This document shows, one piece after another, positions 7,848 to 16,118 of a stretch of 46,372 nucleotides of DNA (its first letter is position 1; every line of letters starts with the position of its first letter). The notes under the pieces were generated by a model. The model made no database searches. It saw only the letters and a program-made list of their open reading frames with translations, and had not been told where the DNA came from. This DNA is from Ignavibacteriales bacterium UBA6490 (GTDB lineage: Bacteria; Bacteroidota; Ignavibacteria; Ignavibacteriales; Ignavibacteriaceae): assembly GCA_002435365.1 (NCBI GenBank), contig DJMM01000008.1, positions 1 through 46,372 on the forward strand, written 5' to 3'. The position numbers and the translations under genes are program-made.

Positions 7848-9935
7848 TTGAGATCAGAGTATAACCTTTCCAATCAGAGTCTGAGGGCTTTCTGGAGTGC
7901 TGCCACTCAAAAAAGCATGATAACCGGGTGGATCACCCTGGTTATTATAATCATTTTTACAATCCTGGTATGGTATGAAACAAAACTTGATTCCGAGCGG
8001 AATTCGCGGGAAAAATTCACTACAATTTCACGTGAAGTAAAAAATGCCATAGTTAAAAGGATATCTGATTATGAGCAGATGCTCAAAGGTGCCAGGGGTA
8101 TGTTTGTTGTATCGGATTCAGTCACCAGGGAGGAGTGGAGATCATATGTAAAGCATCTGGAGGTGGAAAGAAATTATCCCGGTATACTGGGAATGGGGTA
8201 TTCGGTAATTGTAACACCCGGATACAAGGCTACCCACGAGAAAAAAGTAAGGGCAGAAGGTTTTCCGGACTACCGGATATGGCCTGATTATAAAAGGGAT
8301 ATTTATACCTCAATCGTATATCTGGAACCTTTCGAAGGAAGAAATTTAAGGGCATTCGGATATGATATGCTCCAGGAACCGGTGAGGCACATGTCAATGA
8401 CCCTTGCTATGGACAGTGCTATAACCACTCTTTCACGCAAGGTAAAATTGGTACAGGAAACAACACATGATATCCAGGCCGGATTTCTTATGTACCTTCC
8501 TCATTATCAGGAAGACAGCGTTATAAATACTGTTGAACAAAGAAGGAATGCACTCATCGGATTTGTATATAGTCCGTTCAGGATGAATGATCTTATGAAC
8601 GGAATATTGAGTGAAACTTTTAAGGATATTAACCTTGAAATATATTCGGAGGAAATTAACAGAAATTCACTGATGTATGTAAGCAGTCCTTTATTCCTGA
8701 GCCTTAGCGGAAATTATAATCCTGTATTCAGTGCAGATGATGACCTGAATTTTAACGGTGTTACCTGGAAAATAAGGTTTTCAACACTTCCATCTTTCGA
8801 ACAACAGGTAAAGGATAATACTCCGACATTGATCTTATTAAGCGGATTTCTGACCAGTGCGCTAATCTTTATACTTCTGGTGTCACTTACCGTAAACAGG
8901 CAGATCTTCAGGGAATTGAATCAGCTTATTGAATCGACAGGCGAAGGCATCTATGGACTGGACCTTAAGGGAAGATGTACTTTTATAAACACGGCTGCAT
9001 GTAAAATGCTGGGCCGGTCGCCGGAAGAATTTTATAATAAGCACATGCATAGCATGATTCATTACCAGCATAAGGATAAAACACCTTACCGGCTTGATGA
9101 ATGCCCCATCCAGGAAGGAATCGAAAAGGCAAAGATTCTAAGGGTTGATGATGAAGTTTTCTGGAGAGCTGACGGCAACAGTTTTCCGGTGGAGTATATT
9201 ACCAGCCCCGTTATCGTTAATAACAAAGTGATTGGAACAGTTGTTAATTTTAGCGATATAACATCCCGGAAAGAAACTTTTGAAAAACTTTCGAACTCAC
9301 TCCAGGAAAAAGTTATTCTGCTCAAGGAAGTTCACCACCGTGTAAAGAACAATCTTCAGATCATCTCGAGCCTGCTTAATCTCCAGTCGTATTATATCAA
9401 GGAGGAAGGCTCGCATGAAATTTTCAAGGAAAGCCAGAACCGCATACGGTCTATGGCGCTGATCCATGAGAAGCTGTACCAGACCAGCAATATGTCACGC
9501 CTGAATTTTGCAGAGTATGTGCAGGAACTGGTAATGAACCTGCTGCATTCGTATGACACATCTGGCAAGGTTAATTTCAAAATTGATATTGAGGATGTAC
9601 TGCTTAATATCGATACAGCAATTACTCTGGGACTTTCAATAAACGAGATCGTATCTAATTCCCTGAAGCATGCATTTCCTGGAAACAAACAGGGGGAAAT
9701 TATTGTGAGCCTGAAAGCAGCGGATCTGGATAACTTTGTTTTAACTATCGGCGATAATGGCGTGGGAATGCCTGAGTCTATTGACTACCGGAATACTACC
9801 TCGCTTGGGCTGCAGCTTGTAAATACTTTGATTGAACAGATAAATGGTTCCCTAGAACTCAATATAAACAAGGGTACCACATTCATAATTAAATTTTCTG
9901 CACCTTCCGAAAAAGAGGAAATCAGTTTTACTTAA
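7848..9935 (+). CDS. Sensor histidine kinase: CHASE - TM - PAS - HisKA_2 - HATPase
   Basis: CHASE-like periplasmic region (YPGILGMGYSVIV...RAFGYDMLQEPVRHMSMTLAMDSAITTLSRKVKLVQE). PAS region (GIYGLDLKGRCTFINTAACKMLG). HisKA_2 H-box HHRVKNNLQIISSLLNLQ and ATPase G-boxes (IGDNGVGMP, SLGLQLV). The start is uncertain: TTG at 7848 or ATG at 7917. Confidence 0.85.
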   Translation: MRSEYNLSNQSLRAFWSAATQKSMITGWITLVIIIIFTILVWYETKLDSERNSREKFTTISREVKNAIVKRISDYEQMLKGARGMFVVSDSVTREEWRSYVKHLEVERNYPGILGMGYSVIVTPGYKATHEKKVRAEGFPDYRIWPDYKRDIYTSIVYLEPFEGRNLRAFGYDMLQEPVRHMSMTLAMDSAITTLSRKVKLVQETTHDIQAGFLMYLPHYQEDSVINTVEQRRNALIGFVYSPFRMNDLMNGILSETFKDINLEIYSEEINRNSLMYVSSPLFLSLSGNYNPVFSADDDLNFNGVTWKIRFSTLPSFEQQVKDNTPTLILLSGFLTSALIFILLVSLTVNRQIFRELNQLIESTGEGIYGLDLKGRCTFINTAACKMLGRSPEEFYNKHMHSMIHYQHKDKTPYRLDECPIQEGIEKAKILRVDDEVFWRADGNSFPVEYITSPVIVNNKVIGTVVNFSDITSRKETFEKLSNSLQEKVILLKEVHHRVKNNLQIISSLLNLQSYYIKEEGSHEIFKESQNRIRSMALIHEKLYQTSNMSRLNFAEYVQELVMNLLHSYDTSGKVNFKIDIEDVLLNIDTAITLGLSINEIVSNSLKHAFPGNKQGEIIVSLKAADLDNFVLTIGDNGVGMPESIDYRNTTSLGLQLVNTLIEQINGSLELNINKGTTFIIKFSAPSEKEEISFT

Positions 9936-9945
9936 TAAGGATAAT

Positions 9946-11244
9946 ATGAAAGCAAATTCAACCGACAGGAAAGGAACCTTCAGTTCCTTCCCTAAAAATT
10001 ACTGGACTGTAATCGTTATGGAGTTCTTCGAAAGAGGATCGTACTATGGTGTAATGTCAGTTCTGTCTGTTTACCTTGTTCTTAATACCTCCGAAGGAGG
10101 GCTCGGATTCAGCAAAGAAAGCGTGGGACTTATTAAAAGCATAATAACACCGCTGCTTTATTTCCTTCCGATTTTGTCAGGTGCCATTGCCGAGAGGTTC
10201 GGGTACAGGATTACACTAACCTTTGCGTTTGTGGTAATGAGCTCAGGGTATTTTCTCACAAGTCTCTTCAGTGCCTATGTGCCTGTATTAATGAGCCTCC
10301 TGCTGATGGTGCTGGGTGCCGGAACCTTTAAACCGATAATATCGGGTACCATTGCCAGAAGTACTGATGAATCAAATTCAACTCTCGGCTTTGGGATTTT
10401 TTACTGGACTATAAATCTTGGTGCCTTTATTTTCCCGCTGCTTCTTGTACCCTTTTTGAAAACAATAGGATGGAATTATATCTTTATTATGGCATCGATC
10501 GGAACCGGCTGGCTTCTTTTCCTTAACCTTTTTGTGTATAAGGAACCGGATAAACCCGCAAGCAGCAAAACCATCCTGCAGGTGCTTAAAGGAGCAGTAA
10601 TGGTTCTGCTCGACTTCAGGTTCATTCTGATGATAGTAATTTATTCAGGCTTCTGGATATTGTATTTTCAGATGTTCGATACTGTCCTTTGGTATCTTAC
10701 AGAACATATCGATATGAGTCCGGTGAATTCTGCCGTCAATGCAGTATTCGGATTATTTGTTTCCCAACCTAACTGGCAGTTTGACGCCGAACATGTAACT
10801 GTAATAAATGCAGGTACTATTATCCTTCTGCAGATATTCATTTCCAATATTGTAAAAAAGAAAAAAGCGCTGCCTACAATGATTACCGGCATTGCGCTTG
10901 GATCAATAGGAATGGGTATACTTGCCATATCCACTCACGCCTGGGTTTTTATGGCTGGCATAATTATTTTTTCAATCGGTGAGATGACTGCACATCCAAA
11001 ATATATAAGCTATATCGGACTTATAGCACCGGAGGATAAAAAAGCATTGTACCTCGGTTACTCGTTTTTATATGGTGTGCTGGGAAGCGGCATCGGTGGA
11101 GTTTTGGGTGCTAACCTTTACGTGCATTTTGTGGATAAACTAAATGATCCTTCAATGCTCTGGTTTATATTCAGCCTTATTGGTGTTGGAACTATAATCG
11201 GACTCCTGCTTTACAACAGGTTCCTTGCACCTAAAAAATACTGA
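9946..11244 (+). CDS. POT/PTR2-family proton-dependent di/tripeptide transporter (MFS)
   Basis: ExxERFxYY-type motif MEFFERGSYYGV and the PTR2 signature LSGAIAERFGYRITL. Multiple TM segments. An AAGGA Shine-Dalgarno sequence precedes the ATG. Confidence 0.85.
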   Translation: MKANSTDRKGTFSSFPKNYWTVIVMEFFERGSYYGVMSVLSVYLVLNTSEGGLGFSKESVGLIKSIITPLLYFLPILSGAIAERFGYRITLTFAFVVMSSGYFLTSLFSAYVPVLMSLLLMVLGAGTFKPIISGTIARSTDESNSTLGFGIFYWTINLGAFIFPLLLVPFLKTIGWNYIFIMASIGTGWLLFLNLFVYKEPDKPASSKTILQVLKGAVMVLLDFRFILMIVIYSGFWILYFQMFDTVLWYLTEHIDMSPVNSAVNAVFGLFVSQPNWQFDAEHVTVINAGTIILLQIFISNIVKKKKALPTMITGIALGSIGMGILAISTHAWVFMAGIIIFSIGEMTAHPKYISYIGLIAPEDKKALYLGYSFLYGVLGSGIGGVLGANLYVHFVDKLNDPSMLWFIFSLIGVGTIIGLLLYNRFLAPKKY

Positions 11245-11261
11245 TATAAATTAGTGCTGAT

Positions 11262-11320
11262 GGTGCAGGACCCGGTTTTTTCGAATCCTGCACCGCAGCT
11301 TGTAAAAGCTGCTTTGGCTT
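11262..11320 (+). terminator. Two tandem hairpins followed by T residues after the POT transporter
   Basis: GGTGCAGGA (11262-11270) pairs with TCCTGCACC (11286-11294). GCAGCT (11295-11300) pairs with AGCTGC (11307-11312), followed by TTTGGCTTCTT. Confidence 0.5.
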
Positions 11321-11345
11321 CTTGATTGTGACTTTTTGTTTTTTA

Positions 11346-11353
11346 TAACTTTG
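11346..11353 (+). promoter_or_regulatory. Candidate Bacteroidota-type promoter (-7 box TAACTTTG with TTG about 21 nt upstream) for the EVE gene
   Basis: TAACTTTG matches TAnnTTTG, 27 nt upstream of the ATG at 11380. A TTG at 11322-11324 sits at a -33-like distance. Confidence 0.4.
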
Positions 11354-11379
11354 CTTTTAATTATTTATTCAATAAAAAA

Positions 11380-11850
11380 ATGACAGGAAGATTCTGGCTT
11401 TTTAAAACCGATCCCGAAGACTTCTCTCTTGATGATTTAAAAAAATCTGCTGCTCAAACAACCGGCTGGAGCGGCGTAAGGAATTACCAGGCCAGAAATT
11501 TTCTCAGAGATGAAATAAAGACTGGTGATGAGGTGTTTTTCTACCACAGCAGTTCTGATTCCCCTTCTGTAGTTGCGGTGTGCGAGATAGTTAAAGAGGG
11601 ATATGCCGATGAGACGCAATTCATTAAAACAGACCTGCATTTCGATCCCAAAGCAAAACCTGAAAATCCCGTTTGGTTCCAGGTGGATATCAAGCTTATA
11701 AAAGAACTGGATAATCCTGTTTCACTGCAAAAAATGAAAGAGAATAAAAAACTTAAGGATCTGCTGCTTCTGAAGCGCGGTAATCGGCTGTCTGTTATGC
11801 CGATAAACGAAAACGAGAGAAATGAAATTTTATTAATGTCTGAATCCTGA
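11380..11850 (+). CDS. EVE (PUA-like) domain protein
   Basis: FWLFKTDPEDFSLDDL...GVRNYQARNFLRDEIKTGDEVFFYHS is the characteristic EVE/THYN1-like N-terminal pattern. It is 156 aa and a single domain. Confidence 0.85.
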   Translation: MTGRFWLFKTDPEDFSLDDLKKSAAQTTGWSGVRNYQARNFLRDEIKTGDEVFFYHSSSDSPSVVAVCEIVKEGYADETQFIKTDLHFDPKAKPENPVWFQVDIKLIKELDNPVSLQKMKENKKLKDLLLLKRGNRLSVMPINENERNEILLMSES

Positions 11851-11937
11851 ATACTGCTTAGAAAATAAACATAATATTTTATGAATTATTTAAGTGTTTT
11901 GTTATTTTTATAAAAAAAATTTGAAGAGGAAACCTCA

Positions 11938-14208
11938 ATGGCTGCAAATATCGATATGATTAATAAATTATACTTCGGCTACAGGGAAAAGCTTGATCAT
12001 GTTAGGAATGTTGTTAACCGTCCCCTGACTTATGCAGAGAAAATATTGTATACCCATCTCTGGGCAAAACCGGAACGTGAGCTTTCCGGCGGCAGGGATT
12101 ATGCTGAATTGGCACCTGACCGGGTGGCAATGCAGGACGCCACAGCACAAATGGCCCTTCTGCAGTTTATGTCTGCCGGTAAAAAAACTACCGAGGTTCC
12201 CTCCACTGTTCATTGTGATCATCTTATACAGGCACAGGTGGGGGCTGAAGACGATCTATTGAGAGCAAGGGATGAGAATAAAGAAGTTTATGAATTCCTC
12301 GAAAGTATTTCGCGCAAATACGGAATCGGATTCTGGAAACCGGGCGCCGGTATTATTCACCAGGTTGTGCTGGAGAATTATGCCTTCCCGGGAGGAATGA
12401 TGATAGGTACGGATTCCCACACGCCGAATGCCGGGGGATTGGGAATGATTGCAATTGGCGTAGGCGGCGCAGATGCAGTGGATGTTATGTCCGGAATTCC
12501 GTGGGAATTGAAATGGCCCAAGGTAATCGGTGTTAAACTTACCGGTAAAATGAACGGGTGGACATCCGCTAAGGATGTTATACTTAAACTTGCCGGGATT
12601 CTAACCGTTAAAGGCGGAACCGGTGCAATTGTTGAATATTTCGGGGAAGGAACTACATCAATAAGCGCAACAGGTAAAGGAACTATCTGTAATATGGGAG
12701 CGGAGATCGGCGCTACTACTTCAGTATTCCCGTTTGATGAAAAGATGGCTGCATACCTTAGAATTACAGACAGAGCTGATGTTACAGCCCTGGCAGAGGG
12801 ACTCGCTGATGAGCTGACGGCTGATAAAGAAGTGCTGCAGAATCCCGCAAAATATTATTCGCAGGTAATTGAAATTGACCTATCTGCACTTGAACCTCAT
12901 TTAAACGGACCTTTTACGCCGGATAAAGCATTTCCGATTTCTGCAATGAAAGATGCTGTAAAAAAATATGGCTACCCTGATGATATTAAAGTTGCACTTA
13001 TCGGAAGCTGCACGAATTCCAGTTATGAAGATATTGACCGGGCTGCCTCAATTGCAAGACAGGCCATGAACAAAGGCTTAAAAACAAAATCCCAGTTTAC
13101 AATTACTCCTGGTTCCGAACAGGTGAGGGCTACAATTGAACGGGACGGCCAGCTTGATACTTTGACAAAATTCGGTGGTTTAATACTTGCGAATGCCTGC
13201 GGACCATGTATCGGTATGTGGAAAAGAATGGATATCAAGACCGGTGAGAAAAATACAATTGTTACATCTTTTAACAGGAATTTTGCAAAAAGGAATGACG
13301 GAAATCCGGAAACCCTTGCCTTCGTAGCTAGTCCCGAACTTACTACTGCACTCGCTGCTGCAGGTAAACTGACTTTCAATCCCTTGACCGATGAGCTTGA
13401 AAACGGGAAAGGTGAAAAAGTTAAGCTTGATCCGCCGGTGGGAGAAGAGCTTCCCCCCAAAGGTTTTCTCTCTGATGAAAACGGATTTATTCCCCCTGCT
13501 GCAGACGGCAGCAGCGTTGAAGTGAAAGTAAAACCCGACAGCGAGAGACTTCAGCTTCTTGAACCTTTTGCTGCATGGGATGGGCAGGATCTTTCAGATC
13601 TTAAGCTCCTGCTGAAAGCAAAAGGGAAATGCACCACCGATCATATCTCGATGGCGGGACCATGGTTGAGGTTCAGGGGCCACCTTGATAACATATCGAA
13701 CAATATGTTTATCGGTGCAATCAATGCTTTTACTGATGAACCCGGAAAAGTTAAGAATACATTTACAGGCGAGTATAAAAGCGTTCCTGAAGTTGCCAGG
13801 GATTACAAAGCCAGGGGAGTGAACTGGGTGGTTGTCGGAGATGAAAACTACGGCGAAGGATCAAGCAGAGAACATGCTGCAATGGAACCGCGCTTCCTTG
13901 GCGGAAGAGCTATTATTGTAAAAAGCTTCGCCAGGATACACGAAACAAATCTAAAAAAACAGGGTATGCTGCCCCTTACCTTCAGCAATCCCGCGGATTA
14001 TGATAAATTAAGAGAAGATGATACTGTGAAAGTAACGGGACTTAAAAATTTTGCTCCCGAATCACAGCTTAAGCTTATAATTAAACATAAGGATGGAAGT
14101 ACAGAGGAAGCTTTAGTAAATCATACAATGAACGAGCAGCAGATAAGATGGTTTAAAGCAGGCAGCGCACTTAACCTGATAGCGGAATCGGAAAAGAAAA
14201 AAGGCTGA
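11938..14208 (+). CDS. acnA: Aconitate hydratase (about 750-aa mitochondrial type)
   Basis: Fe-S ligand motifs IGSCTNSS and NACGPCIG, plus [11 protein letters not shown] and the swivel-domain motif [15 protein letters not shown]. 756 aa. Confidence 0.95.
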   Translation: MAANIDMINKLYFGYREKLDHVRNVVNRPLTYAEKILYTHLWAKPERELSGGRDYAELAPDRVAMQDATAQMALLQFMSAGKKTTEVPSTVHCDHLIQAQVGAEDDLLRARDENKEVYEFLESISRKYGIGFWKPGAGIIHQVVLENYAFPGGMMIGTDSHTPNAGGLGMIAIGVGGADAVDVMSGIPWELKWPKVIGVKLTGKMNGWTSAKDVILKLAGILTVKGGTGAIVEYFGEGTTSISATGKGTICNMGAEIGATTSVFPFDEKMAAYLRITDRADVTALAEGLADELTADKEVLQNPAKYYSQVIEIDLSALEPHLNGPFTPDKAFPISAMKDAVKKYGYPDDIKVALIGSCTNSSYEDIDRAASIARQAMNKGLKTKSQFTITPGSEQVRATIERDGQLDTLTKFGGLILANACGPCIGMWKRMDIKTGEKNTIVTSFNRNFAKRNDGNPETLAFVASPELTTALAAAGKLTFNPLTDELENGKGEKVKLDPPVGEELPPKGFLSDENGFIPPAADGSSVEVKVKPDSERLQLLEPFAAWDGQDLSDLKLLLKAKGKCTTDHISMAGPWLRFRGHLDNISNNMFIGAINAFTDEPGKVKNTFTGEYKSVPEVARDYKARGVNWVVVGDENYGEGSSREHAAMEPRFLGGRAIIVKSFARIHETNLKKQGMLPLTFSNPADYDKLREDDTVKVTGLKNFAPESQLKLIIKHKDGSTEEALVNHTMNEQQIRWFKAGSALNLIAESEKKKG

Positions 14209-14257
14209 CAGCGCAATTTCGGTATATCAGCTGAGTTTCTGAGTTATGAACTCACCC

Positions 14258-14290
14258 TAAAATCCCTCAGAAAAAGAGGGATTTTTTTAT
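14258..14290 (+). terminator. Rho-independent terminator of the aconitase gene
   Basis: AAATCCCTC (14260-14268), loop AGAAAAA, GAGGGATTT (14276-14284), followed by a T-run. Confidence 0.8.
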
Positions 14291-14360
14291 TTCAGGAAAA
14301 CGTGAAGTGAAGATATGAACTGAGCTTGCCAGAACTACGATTCACAGGATTTACAGGAAT

Positions 14361-14410
14361 CCGGTGGCTGAGTGATCCCCCTTTGGGGAACACTCAATAA
14401 CCGGGTTTTT
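14361..14410 (+). terminator. Second intrinsic-terminator-like long hairpin plus TTTTT (a tandem terminator or the 3' end of a small transcript)
   Basis: Outer helix CCGG (14361-14364) with CCGG (14401-14404). Inner helix GAGTG-A-TCCCC (14370-14380), tetraloop CTTT, GGGGA-A-CACTC (14385-14395), then G-TTTTT (14405-14410). Confidence 0.55.
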
Positions 14411-14891
14411 CAATCATCCGATCAGTCATTCATTCAGTCTTTGTATAAATAACAGATGCTATTTCGATTAAGCCGGTCTTTAAATCCGGCATTCCTCGCC
14501 CCATCTTCCGTCACTAGGCAGGCATTCAGGCGAGGATTGACGGAAGAATCCCGGAGGATCCCCGGCTCAATCCCGGAGGACCACCTCAATAAGAACCTGA
14601 CCAATATCCACATGGATTCAGCAATTATTGACTTTCGTTTATTATTGTGAAAGAATCATTATCTCACCTGATAAGTCGCATTAATTATGAATGACCCCAA
14701 AATTCATCTTTCATTGGGAGAATTATGGAAGAGAAAATCCTGATGACTCTGCTTTTGTTATCTGCTGTCCTATTGTAAATATTTATTTAATAACAGAAAC
14801 TTTATGGTAAAAAAAACCGATCGGATATTTATAAACACTGTATAAATTGATTAACTTTTATGCAGGAAAAAATTTCTTTAAAGGTCCGGAA

Positions 14892-16016
14892 ATGAGAATT
14901 GATAAAGTTGAACTCCGACATACTAAAATGGAACTACTTACGCCATTTGAAACATCATTAGGTGTAGAAAGTTATGAAGAACATATCATTGTAAGAGTAG
15001 ACAGCGATGGACTTACCGGATGGGGTGAGTGTGTTGTGGAGCCAACCCCTGCATATTCTCCCGAGACCGTTAAAACTGCATGGCATATTCTCAGTGATTT
15101 TTTAATCCCGGCTGTTTTAAATAATAATATTTCCGAAGCAAAGGATTACATTGGTCACATATCCTGGATTCGTGGTCATAGAATGGCCAAAGCAGGTCTG
15201 GAAGCGGCTCTATGGGATCTGTCTGCAAAATCAAAAGGTATTAGTCTATCAAAATTACTGGGAGGTGTACAGCAAAAAATTGTTGTTGGTGTCAGTGTCG
15301 GGATGCAGGATGATGTCAATTCTCTGCTTAAGGAAATAAGCGGATTTATAGATGATGGCTACAGAAGAATCAAATTAAAAATATCACCAGGAAAAGATCT
15401 GCAGTATATCAAAGCAGTCAGAAAAGAATTTCCCGATATTTTATTTCAGGTTGATGCAAACTCCGCTTACGAACTGAAGCATATTGATATCTTCAGGCAA
15501 ATGGAGGATTATAACCTGCTTTTAATTGAACAGCCGCTGGGATGTGAAGATATCTATGCCCATTCCAGGCTTCAGCGTGAATTGAAAACTCCGATCTGCC
15601 TTGATGAAAGTATCCGCTCTGCTGAGGATGCAAAAGCAGCCGTGGAATTGGGAAGCTGTAAAAATATTAATATCAAACCGGGAAGGGTAGGAGGGTATAC
15701 GGAATCAATAGCAATACACGATTACTGTGCTGCAGAAAATATTCCGGTATGGCATGGCGGCATGGATGAATCAGGGATTGGCAGAGCCGGCAACATTGCA
15801 TTGGCCTCATTGCCTGATTTTATTTTACCGGCCGATATTTCCGCAAGCAGGAGATATTACAGGAAAGATATAGCGGAACCACTATTTGAACTAAATAAAG
15901 ACGGAACTATCGATGTACCAGTAAAACCCGGCATTGGTGTGGAAGTGGATATTAAACAACTGGATACAGTAACTGTCTTTAAAGATGAGTTTAAGAATCC
16001 CAAAAGGAATTTATAA
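14892..16016 (+). CDS. Enolase-superfamily enzyme, o-succinylbenzoate synthase / N-acylamino-acid racemase subgroup
   Basis: MRIDKVELRHTKMELLTPFETSLG...GWGEC is a typical N-terminal capping domain. Metal-ligand-type contexts are QVDANSAY, LIEQPL and CLDESI, with the general-base context RIKLKISPG. The ATG at 14892 is preferred over the track TTG at 14847. Confidence 0.85.
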   Translation: MRIDKVELRHTKMELLTPFETSLGVESYEEHIIVRVDSDGLTGWGECVVEPTPAYSPETVKTAWHILSDFLIPAVLNNNISEAKDYIGHISWIRGHRMAKAGLEAALWDLSAKSKGISLSKLLGGVQQKIVVGVSVGMQDDVNSLLKEISGFIDDGYRRIKLKISPGKDLQYIKAVRKEFPDILFQVDANSAYELKHIDIFRQMEDYNLLLIEQPLGCEDIYAHSRLQRELKTPICLDESIRSAEDAKAAVELGSCKNINIKPGRVGGYTESIAIHDYCAAENIPVWHGGMDESGIGRAGNIALASLPDFILPADISASRRYYRKDIAEPLFELNKDGTIDVPVKPGIGVEVDIKQLDTVTVFKDEFKNPKRNL

Positions 16017-16118
16017 TCCTGAATTGCCTAAAAATTCCCGTTTCAATAAGTAAATGCTGTCGATTGTGATATTAGCTTCCCACTTAACGATCCGGATTAA
16101 CAAATAACGGTAATGCAG

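Noticed and set aside
11278-11300. A TTCGAATCCTGCACCGCAGC string resembling a tRNA T-loop, T-stem and acceptor 3' end (a possible tRNA or att remnant).
   Set aside because: There is no complementary acceptor 5' strand, D-arm or anticodon arm upstream, and the 5' T-stem strand is displaced by 9 nt. No integrase or mobile genes are nearby. It is best read as part of a terminator hairpin.
14493-14547. An H-type pseudoknot formed by the interleaved 8-bp and 10-bp helices.
   Set aside because: Only 2 nt separate A' from B', too few to cross an 8-bp stem. The two helices are therefore more plausibly alternatives than simultaneous.
14510-14580. A loose resemblance of CACTAGG...ACGGAAGAATCCCGGAGGA to guanidine (ykkC-type) riboswitch cores.
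   Set aside because: Only short fragments match. The conserved ykkC segments are not present in full, and the downstream gene is not a guanidine-related transporter or carboxylase. It needs an Infernal scan, so I make no claim.
14456-14650. A 64-aa plus-strand ORF covering the GC-rich structured island.
   Set aside because: It has no Shine-Dalgarno sequence and an Arg/Ser/Pro-rich, non-globular translation. The open frame coincides with the paired helices and direct repeats, which explain the sequence better as RNA or DNA structure.
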